64,000 bases of DNA from Phoronis australis (Eukaryota; Animalia; Phoronida), in NCBI GenBank assembly GCA_002633005.1, contig NMRA01000057.1, positions 431,567 to 495,566 on the forward strand, read 5' to 3'. The position numbers were made by a program, and so were the translations under genes. Below, in pieces: positions 50,301-59,071 of the stretch. Under the pieces are notes generated by a model, which had not been told where the DNA came from, searched no databases, and saw only the letters and a list, made by a program, of their open reading frames with translations. Within the stretch, counting starts at the first letter, position 1; each line of letters starts with the position of its first letter.

Positions 50301-53300
50301 CTCCCTCGACACTATAGTTGACATCATTGTTCTTTTCAATCTTGGTTCATCTCTCACATATCTCGTAATGTTTATCCTTTATCATTTTATTCGAATCTGG
50401 GAGCACCTGCCACCCTTGCCCTGCCAGGTCTAATAGGCTTTTGAATGCCAGTCCAAGGCTTTGACCCTGGCGCCTGCAAAAACGGGGGCTTGTGCCTGAA
50501 TGAGTAATTGATCTGGCTAATTCATCAGATTGGAAGTACCCTCCAATAGCGAGTTATTTCTTGAACTTGAAGTGTACAGTACTTATCGTCCTTTAACAAA
50601 ACGATGTTTCCGGAATAGTGTTAAACTTAACTTGCATTAAATTCAATAATGGCTAAAACGTACGTTACCTCTGCCGCCTATGCGGATGTAGATACCAGCG
50701 CCCTCTATTCCAGCTGCATGTATACTTGAACTACTTCCGTGTAGTGCTTCGGATGGGATTTCCTACGATGAAGGGTTTCGTTAATGTGGCGGGCTGCATT
50801 TTCAGTTGCCATTATCCTGAGGCTGCCGGCTATGGATGTTTGTTTCCTTTGGAACATTTAGTGAAAAAGAGCTCAAACTAAGCTATCCACAAAAGTTAAC
50901 GTACCTTCTGTTTTCTTCTTAACTTAAAAAAAAATAATTTAACTCTCATTGAACTCAAACGGAGTACAGAGGTCCGTTATAAATAGCAGCCGACAAGATA
51001 CCTTTGTTGATGCCAGTGGAGGGAACACATACGTCAAATTTGAGTGCAAGGAAATGTGCACTATCTGTTGGTCAATCTTTTTGGCCTATTCTGCAATCCA
51101 CTTTTCTTTCAAGCAAGATTGCACACACCGGGAAACAATTATTGGAAGTGGTTTCAATTCCTTAGTAGTTTCGAAATTAAAATCTTTCTTACATGTACCA
51201 GAGTTTAAGGCGCACAAGCGGATCCAGAGTCAGAGTGAGGCACAGGAAATTGTACGAAAGTTCAAAACGAGGTTATGGCAAGTTGATGGGGAAGGAAAGA
51301 GCCAGAACGGTTGGTGATGACAATTACCACACTTGATGTTAGCGTTTATGGGAGGTCTGATTTTTACAAAAACACACAATTGTTGCCCCCCGGGGCCGAC
51401 AATATGTGCCGGGTGAGACAATACTTTGACCGCAGACACATATTGTCATCCGGTGACAATACGTGTCGAAGTTGACAGCTTATATTTTCATAAATTGTCG
51501 CCTCAGCGCCAGTACTTATCGATTGCGACAATATATGCCACACCACAACGTTATATCTTAAAGTGTTGTGCTAGTTACTTACATCTGGGTTTTTGCCATG
51601 TCGATTCCCGAATATGGTGAAAAGTAGGTATACCATAAAGATAATTGACAACGTGTAAAGGTAAATAGCAAATACCTGTGAGAAGAAAATAGAATGAAAC
51701 AATCATTAAAACCAACTCAGCCTTTGCAAAAGTATAGTGGATATTGGTTTTATTCGCATTACATGTACATTAATGCCTGTAAACAGCAAAATCATTAATC
51801 AAGTACTTTACTTCTTTCTCACATACAAACCTGAATTTTGGTTAAAAAGATCTGAGAGTACCTGTGGATAATGTTGCGGGCCCACTTCATTCACAGTCAG
51901 AGCTTCCGTTAGCGGGAACACGAGACCCCAGACGGATGTGATCATGGCGTATGCTCCGCACACCAAGTTCACAAGACTACTCCTGAAACCACGCCCACTT
52001 GTTTGTTACAGTCAGAAGTTAAGCATTCATGTGGTCAAGTCGAAATGACGTCAAAAATGTTTTTGTCCATCCAAATAGCACGTGAATCTGCGTGTCAGCA
52101 GAACATGACAATTTTTTCTATGCCAATTGCGTAATTTAAACCAGTCAGGGTTTTTAATTCGGAAACAGTCCTGTAAATACCTGTAGCTCTTTTCATATTG
52201 ATGTAAGTTTTGTTTTCCCTCTGAATTTCAGTGGATTTGGTAGACAAAAGTTTCTCTAGTAAGCATTGGGGTTTCCAACAACATATCAAATGACAACTCT
52301 AGCTTTCTCACGTTTCTTAACATCCGCTTTGCAATGAAGAAATGACTTCATTTTTTCTGAGTGACGATGAAGAAACAGAAGCTGCTGGTAAGATGTGAAT
52401 TTTAATCGAAGCCTTAGTGAATCACTCAGAATCTCATAATTCTCTCTTTGTCAAACATTAAAATTCAAACGATTTCCAAAGCAATCGCGTGGTCAATGCC
52501 AACACGAAAAACGGAGTTGGTCTTTTGGGCAACTGAAGACTATTTTAAACACAACTTTTGCTACGAACTGGTTGCACAAAACAATAAGGTAAATATAGCT
52601 CATTGGCACAAAATATAAAGCGTGTAATGAGCATTACGGAAATGTGCAGGTTTGTGCGCAAACGCTGTGGACCATAAACATGTATGTCTCTTAATACAAT
52701 AGTGTAAACGGAAGAGTTCTGGTGCAGTGGTAGAGCACGCGCGCTCTGTCAGACAGGTCGTGAGTTGAAGTCCATGAGTTCAAGATCCTGGCATTTACAG
52801 ATTCTTCAGTTTTGCACGTTCCAAGTCATTTTTTATAATACTTCAGAAATCAAGGAAAATACTTGTTTTTAGAGGCAAAAACAAATATTTTTCTCCTAAG
52901 TAGGAGGGGGCAAACCCCCTCTCGACCTCCCCCCATTCGGCGCTGTGCGCCTCCACAATGGTGCCTTGCGCAATTGTTTACTAAACAAAATGTTGCCCTC
53001 CTTATGATATCCTAGATCCGCCACTGAAATGAAACAGGCCAACAGGTAACGCACTATTTCATGGCGCCGAAAGCCGACGCAAAAGATTACACAACAGTTT
53101 TAGCAGTAGCTTAACGGTAGAATGCCATTTTTCCAACACCGATAAATAATTTAGTTTGTTCATTGAAGAGTGTAGTTTTAAATGACGCCAATTTTGTGTC
53201 AGATTTTATTTTTCCAGATTTTTTCCTGTATAATTAGTTATACAGCTTTGCTCCAAGCCGGCTACATTGTCGTGTGCCTCCTTTTGGGGCACCCGCTTAC

Positions 53301-53682
53301 TGTCTGCCCTGTCTGTAAATGAACTGATACCGATCTGTGAAGTGAAGTCTACTACGTAAAATTGTTATAGTTGTTTTATTCTTTGTTCTTCATTGTTATA
53401 GAGTCACATAAAACTCTGGAGAGAGTGTGGTCAATTGAACCAAGAAGAAGAAGATTACAGCATTACACCAAGGCTATCAGTTATCGTACATTCACGCAAA
53501 ATCTCCACGTTTGTAAAAATGTTCACCCTTTACCTTTGTTGGTTAGCTTTCTGCGCCTCGCCAGTTCGAACTAAAGTTGTAGACCGCCGGCGGTAGTCTT
53601 CCACAACCATGAGGTTATCGTCGATCGTGCTTGATCTTTTACGCTGACGTGGTCTGGTGTGCCTTTGCCGTGTTGAGCGCAT
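34786..53682 (-). CDS. Otop: Otopetrin-family proton channel (8 exons, 566 aa)
   Basis: Exons 53534-53682, 51862-51982, 51583-51675, 50669-50762, 48855-49024, 45816-46020, 38911-39182 and 34786-35382 join in phase (1701 nt). Family motifs: GAYA...GLVFPLTE, YLYTLSIIF, GIYIRIGGRVFGLG, FTGIQMVFL, THVMVTNVRTW, PCIIEYS, FQTVFI, KPGRNIVLFVLCCNLSLW, PFVIFYRFHS. The first exon/start codon is the least certain part. Confidence 0.92.
36020..36560. repeat. Degenerate tandem array, ~150-bp monomers arranged in ~300-bp dimers
   Basis: tcgaggtacc recurs at about 36038, 36181, 36339 and 36478, with gacagacaaa(a/t)tg also recurring. Confidence 0.65.
37550..38030 (+). mobile_element. Degenerate RTE-like non-LTR retrotransposon 3' ORF remnant
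   Basis: CINGKEIRDAHFFKYMSTVEG...SESDVQT...ARVKF resembles the post-RT motif INGEEIExVxxFKYLGS...RIxKAxxAF; later RRRQLR..GY resembles the RRLRWxGH motif. Confidence 0.5.
38911..39182 (-). CDS. Otop: Otopetrin exon 7
   Basis: cag|DAHSFC...FLIPCIIEYSIISAVVVYCIFANIG...GLVAGIV...FMYK|gtatta. Confidence 0.9.
39632..39850 (+). mobile_element. tRNA-derived SINE (second copy)
   Basis: ggcctagcgtgataggtgtcc...ggttcaagtccc (39681-39692)...cccacatgcgcg...cgtctggta...cgcctg plus A-tail. Confidence 0.75.
40101..41512. mobile_element. PIF/Harbinger-like non-autonomous element (1.4 kb)
   Basis: ctg|ggcccggtctccaatctacgtactcagactc ... gagtctgagtacggagattggagacagggcc|cag; subterminal tactcga repeats. Confidence 0.8.
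41612..41870. repeat. Dispersed repeat (second copy at 54288-54600) carrying a RecQ-like helicase motif remnant
   Basis: Both copies share cgccacctatactgaaa...ccgatcacatcgccaccacttgc...aggggtttcccagatttcaaccaatgggaa. Confidence 0.75.
42008..43366. mobile_element. Kolobok-like non-autonomous element (TTAA-type flanks)
   Basis: ataa|aggagaatgcca ... tggcattctcct|ttaa. Confidence 0.6.
45543..45560. other. Assembly gap (N run); single Ns also at 10746, 14452 and 48425
   Basis: N bases, mostly next to G homopolymers. Confidence 0.95.
45816..46020 (-). CDS. Otop: Otopetrin exon 6
   Basis: cag|IVIRKQQQAARFFLTHVMVTNVRTWFNSLVHET...GHDESH|gtaatt. Confidence 0.88.
46173..46751. mobile_element. PIF/Harbinger-like MITE, CAG TSD; related fragment at about 37183-37345
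   Basis: cag|aggcccgtttcatgaaa ... tttcataaaacgggccc|cag. Confidence 0.75.
47050..47119. repeat. (GCGT)n/(GT)n microsatellite
   Basis: Read directly from the sequence. Confidence 0.9.
47931..48099. repeat. Intronic repeat, inverted partner of 52357-52527
   Basis: gattcactaaggcttcgattaaaattcacatcttaccagcagcttctgttt is the reverse complement of sequence at about 52373-52423. Confidence 0.85.
48855..49024 (-). CDS. Otop: Otopetrin exon 5
   Basis: cag|VFGLGAMVFHG...QLIFTGIQMVFLYKCNK|gtaata. Confidence 0.88.
50669..50762 (-). CDS. Otop: Otopetrin exon 4
   Basis: tag|EIPSEALHGSSSSIHAAGIEGAGIYIRIGGR|gtaacg. Confidence 0.8.
51583..51675 (-). CDS. Otop: Otopetrin exon 3
   Basis: cag|VFAIYLYTLSIIFMVYLLFTIFGNRHGKNPD|gtaagt. 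Confidence 0.87.
51862..51982 (-). CDS. Otop: Otopetrin exon 2
   Basis: cag|SSLVNLVCGAYAMITSVWGLVFPLTEALTVNEVGPQHYPQ|gtactc. Confidence 0.85.
52716..52792 (+). mobile_element. tRNA-like SINE head fragment
   Basis: tggtgcagtggtagagca (A-box) ... gagttcaagatcc (B-box-like); no intact cloverleaf. Confidence 0.4.
53534..53682 (-). CDS. Otop: Otopetrin exon 1 (basic cytoplasmic N-terminus)
   Basis: MRSTRQRHTRPRQRKRSSTIDD...ANQQ-AG|gtaa; phase 2 matches the next exon. Confidence 0.6.
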
Positions 53683-54287
53683 TTCATTCGATAAATTCAA
53701 ATCAAGTATTATTCGACTAAAATTTGATATTGAGAAAACGAACAAGTTAAAGCGTGTTCACGCGATGAGTAGAATCTGATTCGCGCAACGTTAATTTTAG
53801 CATAATAATTTGCGCAAGACCTTAGTGTTTTAACGAGACCACTACGTCAGGAAGGATTAGGGTTGCGAATATAATTGACCTAGGATTGTAATTAACAGTC
53901 TCAGCATAGATTATAGACAACAGATTCGTAACTCCGACATTTTCCTGCGAAATATCCTAGAGGAGGAGCCACCCTTCTAAATTATCAATTTCAGTTTCCC
54001 GTTAGTGTATTGCGACGGGAAATTCTGGCATCTACTTTATTGTTTAGTACAACGAAAAAAAATTGACATTGAAACTCTGTTCAAAGTCTTTCAAAAGTAG
54101 AACTGTTGGTATCGCGAATACTTTTGGCAATGGTACTGGTCATGTAATTGCAAAATTCAAACTTCAGTGCTGTGGAAAATTACTAGTCTTTTACATTTCG
54201 CCTGTGTGGCCGTACACCCGACCACACAACAGCCGACTACGATTAGCAGACGACGCACTTGCTGGAAGTAAAACATACTAATTTTTA

Positions 54288-54600
54288 CCCTCTGACACAG
54301 CGCCACCTATACTGAAAAGTAACCCTGTGGAAGCATGATGACCGACACACGGAGTTCCGTGTATGGACATCAATGCCCATGCTTGGTCGGAAGTTTACCG
54401 ATCACATCGCCACCACTTGCCTTCTATACACTGTACTTGTTTGGGCTCAAGCCACTGGATCGGTCTTTCCTTGATTTTGTTTACTTCAGTCACTGTCCGT
54501 TTTAATAAATTACAACTAATTAAGTCCGAGATGGTCGCCAAATTGCGAAACAGTAAGCTGAAAGGGGTTTCCCAGATTTCAACCAATGGGAACGACTGAG
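54288..54600. repeat. Dispersed repeat, copy of 41612-41870
   Basis: Same orientation, alignable over >250 bp with an internal indel. Confidence 0.75.
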
Positions 54601-55706
54601 TGTTATGGCGTCGGTTTCATTACTTTAACCAAAAGTCGATATCGAAATCGTTTGCTCCTGCATCGAGTTCGATTATAATTCGATTAATCGTTTCACCCTT
54701 ATCAAAAGGCATTAGTTAATTTGAACAAGTCGATCGTTGCATGCGCCCCAGAATATGTTTAGCTTAAAAGTTCCATGGCCTACCGACTGGAGTATGAATT
54801 GAGTCAATTTCAAACCAAACAAGAAATATTCAAGCTCTGATGGCATAAAGTCATGATCCACCACCAGTTTCCGAACACTTTCTTGTAATTTTCAGAAAAT
54901 CTTTTATTGTTGAGTACCTGTCTTTGACTAAAGCGCAATGCTAAGCGGGTCTGGTGGTGATGGTACATTTGACATTGATTGCACTGGGTCAAAGAGCAAT
55001 GATGAAAAAGTGACGCCTTGACAATTAACCCACAACGAATTTGATGAATATCAAACCCTGGTACCGATTTCACACAGTCAGAATGAAATAGGTTTGGTGT
55101 CGTTTTTAACTCCATATTCTGAAGATTTTGGCGGAAATTAGTGACTTATCATAAGTATATAGTATATTTCCAGTTGTTCATTGGAAACTTCTTTACCTGT
55201 CGAGGAATTCAAACATTTATTGTATGAATAATTGCAGAATCGTGATGGTGAATCCTTGCACGCATCGGAGCCTCAGGCTTTCCCGAGGCAATACCACAAA
55301 GGACAAATAACTCTCTGGAGACGGTCTGAGAGAGCGGCGAAATATCAGGCTGAGTTGACGACATTTTTTAGGAGCCCCTTTCTGAGTTTGACCGTTCTGC
55401 CGTCTCAATTTATGTCAACGTTAAATGGTATGACGCACAAAATTTGGTTGAGAGAACCAGTCATACGTCAAACTACAGTGACCTCCACACGACGTGTCTT
55501 TACGAACAGGAGTCAACACCATGCTGCCGAAACATGACTTCAAACAACGTAAAACCAAATGGTCGCAAAATACTTGTATTTATGCTTATAACACACAGAA
55601 CTACACTTCAAAATGTAAAAGTTCTGCAAATACTCCACGGCACATAAATTAGAACAATTATTCCCCCAACCGGTGCTTAAATTGTAGTAGAGTCCCAAGT
55701 GAACTC

Positions 55707-58700
55707 TCAGTCCTCTGGTGAGGGGGCGCAACACAAAAGGCGTTGCCACCAGGATAGTCTTTTCTCGTTGTTTTTTCGTGACGGAGACTTATTCTTGCGA
55801 TTTTTCTTTTGTTTCAGATACCCGTGATCGTCATCAGTATATTCTTTTCTCACGCTCACGCTTTCCTTATTTACAGAAGTGAGGTGGCCCATGCTGTAAC
55901 CTCTGTCACCAATAATGTCATCGACACCTCCCTCGTTGCCATAAGAGGCATCGACAATGTCTCCATTGATAACGTCAGTTACAAGTCCGTAGTTGTCGTC
56001 TGTGCCACGACATTCCCGCACTTTATTCGTAACAGAACTTTCAGATTCAGTTTCAATATTTGTATCGTGCCCTGTGTCACCATTTCCAAAAACAGCATCA
56101 TGTCTTGGGACACCACTTCCAGCCGCAGTATCCTGCAGAGGATCACCATTTCCATACGCAGTATCATGTTCAGGGACATTTCCATACGGAGTATTTTCCT
56201 TGGGATCACCTTGTTCATGTGGAATGCCTTTGTCATGATCACCCTTGCCATACGGAGTATCTTGCTGGGTCTCACCGTTTTTATATGAAATGTCGTTGTC
56301 GGGATCACCATTTCTATACTGTGTATCACCGTGAAGACCGCTTTTTAAATACGGAGTATCATGCCATGGACCAATATTTCCTTTCGAAGTGTTAAGCTCA
56401 GGGTAACCATTATCACATGGTGCCTCATGTATAGAATCACGCTTGTCCTGTGAAGTGTCGTACCCATGATCACCTCTTTCGTATATAATACCAGGTCTGG
56501 GATCACCCTCATTACATGGATCGTCACGCTTGTCTTCATCATTTTCATCATGAACATTGTTTTTGTCACTTACATTGAGAACAGCTTGTTCGTCTCCTTC
56601 GTTGCCACCTGCGCTATTTATCACCTGTCTAACAGTGCTATTTTTAATGTCACGTGCGTACATGTCCATTCCATCGGTAACATCAGCAAGGCGTCCGTTT
56701 GTGCCCTCGGTGGCATCATGTACATGTATGCATCTTTCTCCGTTAACAGTCGCGTCAGCAATGTGCTCCAGTCCTTGAACTGCAAGTATACCGTCTATTT
56801 CCTCTTTATATTTCGCCTGCAGTTGCATGGCGCCAACCTCGTTGGCAATTTCACCGTTTGCCTTGAAGTTGTTCTTCTGATTCAATGCGTTTTTGCTATC
56901 CACTGTAGCAGTAGGAAGAATACATGGTTTGAGATTTGTTTCTGAATTGATGATTGCGGCTGCTGTAGTTTCCTGATGATCCTGTGGTATTTCTGACATG
57001 TCGTCGAGAATGTCTTCAATATATTCATAAGGAACAGTTATGGTCTGTCCGTTTTCATCTACTTTAGTCAAAGTGATGCTTGAATCTTCGTCATCCTCAC
57101 TCAAGTCATCATCTTCAAACTCTCCCAGCATGACGGAAATTATTGCTGTTGTAATGTCCAAGAGGTTCTCTGTGAAATCTACTGTATGTCGCTTGATAAT
57201 ATTCACAAACGGTGATATATACGCCATTAGAAACATCATCAAGTCTGCTAATACCCTAATGGGTACTTTTACTGCCATATTCAAATATGAATTCTGACAT
57301 CCTACACCATCTTCTCCATACAGGGTGTCATGCCCTGTATCATCGTCTCCATACGGAATATCAATTACTGTATCACCATTTCCACGCGCAGTATCCTTTA
57401 CTGGATCACCATTATCATACACAGTGTCATGCTCAGGGACAACATTTCCATACCGAGTATCTTGCTGGGTCTGACTGTTTTTATATGAAATGTCGTTGTC
57501 GGGATCACCATTGCTATACTGAATATCATTGTAACTATCGCCCTTTCGATACTGAGTATCATGCCATGGACCACTACATGTATTTCCTTTCGAAGTATTA
57601 TGGTCAGGGTCACCGTTATCGCATGGTGCCTCATGTATAGAAGCACGGTTGTCGTGTGAAGCGTCAGACCCATGATCACTTCTTTCATATATAATACCAG
57701 GTCTGGGATCACCCTCATTACATGGAACATCACGCTCGTCTTCATGATTTTCATCATGAACATTGTGTTTGTCATTTACATTGAGAACAGCTTGTTCGTC
57801 TCCTTCGTTGCCACCTGCGCTATTTATCACCCGTCCTACAGTGCTATTTCTAATGTCGGCTACGTACATGTATCTGTCCATTCCATCGGTAACATCAGCA
57901 AGGAGTCCGTTCGTGCCCCCGGTGGCATCAAGTATGCGTCTTTCTCCGTTATCAGTCGCGACAGCAATGTGTTGACCGTATTCATAAACAGTGTTATGCT
58001 CAGGGACAACATTGCCATACGGAGTATCTTGCTGTGTCTCACCTTTTTTACATGAAATGTCGTTATCGGGAACACCATTTCTATGCTGACTATCATTGTA
58101 ACCATCGCCCTTTCGATGCGGAGTATCATGCCATGGACCACTGTTTCCTTTCGAAGTATTATGGTCAGGGTCACCATTATCACATGGTGCCTCATGTATA
58201 GAAACACGCTTGTCCTGTGAAGCGTCAGACCCATGATCACTTCTTTCATATATAATACCAGGTCTGGGATCACCCTCATTACATGGATCGTCACCCTTGT
58301 CTTCATCATTTTCATCATGAACATTGTTTCTGTCATTTACATTTAGAATAGCTTGTTCGTTTCCTTCGTCACCACTTGTGCCATTGATCACCCGTCGAAC
58401 ATTGCTATTTTTAATGTCATTTACATACCTGTCCATTCCATCGGTAACATCAGTAAGGTGTCCGTTCTTGCTCTCTGTGGTATGAAGCATGCATGTTTCT
58501 CCGTTAGCAGTCGCGTCAGAAATGCATTCCAGTCCTTGAACTGCAAGAATACCTTCTGTCCTCTCTTTACATTTTGCCTGCAGTTGCATGGTGCCAACCT
58601 CGTTGGCAATTTCACTATTTTCATTGAAGTTCTTCTTCTGATGCAATGCGCTTTGGCTACCTACTGCAGCAGTAGGAAGAATAAAACATGTGTTGGAATT

Positions 58701-59030
58701 TGTTTCTGAATTGATGGTTGCAGCTGCTCTATTTCCCTGATGCCCGTGTGGTGTTTCTGGGATATCGTCGAGAATGTCTTCAATATATTCATAGTGAACC
58801 GTTTCTGTCTGTCCGTTTTCATCTACTTTAGTCAAAGTGATACTTGAATCTTCATATTCCTCGCTCAAGTCATCATCTTCAAAATCTCCCAGGAAGACGG
58901 AAATTATTGCGATGTCTAAGAGATTCTTTGTGATTGATACTATATGTCGCTTGATAATATTCACAAACGCTGATATATACGCCATTAGAAAGACCATCAA
59001 GTCTGCTAATACCCTGATGGGTACTGCCAT
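55707..59030 (-). CDS. Intronless 1107-aa acidic repeat protein of unknown function
   Basis: 3.3-kb stop-free frame in AT-rich DNA. Two units begin with the same hydrophobic leader (ATG 59030 and in-frame ATG 57278). A ~150-aa module (…DPCNEGDPRPGIIYER…) occurs three times, with ~11-aa DTxYGNGDP-like repeats. C-terminus KQKKNRKNKSPSRKNNEKRLSWWQRLLCCAPSPED*. No family recognised. Confidence 0.8.
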   Translation of the reverse strand: MAVPIRVLADLMVFLMAYISAFVNIIKRHIVSITKNLLDIAIISVFLGDFEDDDLSEEYEDSSITLTKVDENGQTETVHYEYIEDILDDIPETPHGHQGNRAAATINSETNSNTCFILPTAAVGSQSALHQKKNFNENSEIANEVGTMQLQAKCKERTEGILAVQGLECISDATANGETCMLHTTESKNGHLTDVTDGMDRYVNDIKNSNVRRVINGTSGDEGNEQAILNVNDRNNVHDENDEDKGDDPCNEGDPRPGIIYERSDHGSDASQDKRVSIHEAPCDNGDPDHNTSKGNSGPWHDTPHRKGDGYNDSQHRNGVPDNDISCKKGETQQDTPYGNVVPEHNTVYEYGQHIAVATDNGERRILDATGGTNGLLADVTDGMDRYMYVADIRNSTVGRVINSAGGNEGDEQAVLNVNDKHNVHDENHEDERDVPCNEGDPRPGIIYERSDHGSDASHDNRASIHEAPCDNGDPDHNTSKGNTCSGPWHDTQYRKGDSYNDIQYSNGDPDNDISYKNSQTQQDTRYGNVVPEHDTVYDNGDPVKDTARGNGDTVIDIPYGDDDTGHDTLYGEDGVGCQNSYLNMAVKVPIRVLADLMMFLMAYISPFVNIIKRHTVDFTENLLDITTAIISVMLGEFEDDDLSEDDEDSSITLTKVDENGQTITVPYEYIEDILDDMSEIPQDHQETTAAAIINSETNLKPCILPTATVDSKNALNQKNNFKANGEIANEVGAMQLQAKYKEEIDGILAVQGLEHIADATVNGERCIHVHDATEGTNGRLADVTDGMDMYARDIKNSTVRQVINSAGGNEGDEQAVLNVSDKNNVHDENDEDKRDDPCNEGDPRPGIIYERGDHGYDTSQDKRDSIHEAPCDNGYPELNTSKGNIGPWHDTPYLKSGLHGDTQYRNGDPDNDISYKNGETQQDTPYGKGDHDKGIPHEQGDPKENTPYGNVPEHDTAYGNGDPLQDTAAGSGVPRHDAVFGNGDTGHDTNIETESESSVTNKVRECRGTDDNYGLVTDVINGDIVDASYGNEGGVDDIIGDRGYSMGHLTSVNKESVSVRKEYTDDDHGYLKQKKNRKNKSPSRKNNEKRLSWWQRLLCCAPSPED

Positions 59031-59046
59031 ATTCAAATATGAATAC

Positions 59047-59071
59047 TGACGTCACCAATACGTTGACGTCA
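59047..59071. promoter_or_regulatory. Two perfect CRE palindromes (TGACGTCA) just upstream of the 1107-aa ORF
   Basis: TGACGTCA at 59047-59054 and 59064-59071. Confidence 0.35.

Noticed and set aside
50427-50524. HDV-like ribozyme topology on the plus strand (GGTCTAA/TTTGACC, GCC-7nt-GGC, TGAA/TTCA after GCTAA)
   Set aside because: L3 lacks the conserved U…G and CC registers, P1 has a mismatch, and P4 does not close next to the catalytic C. More likely a retroelement UTR fragment.
52716-52792. Possible tRNA gene
   Set aside because: No acceptor stem or cloverleaf can be formed; treated as a SINE head.
55809-58709. Many antisense and alternative-frame ORFs over the 1107-aa ORF
   Set aside because: Shadow frames produced by the repetitive, compositionally biased main frame.
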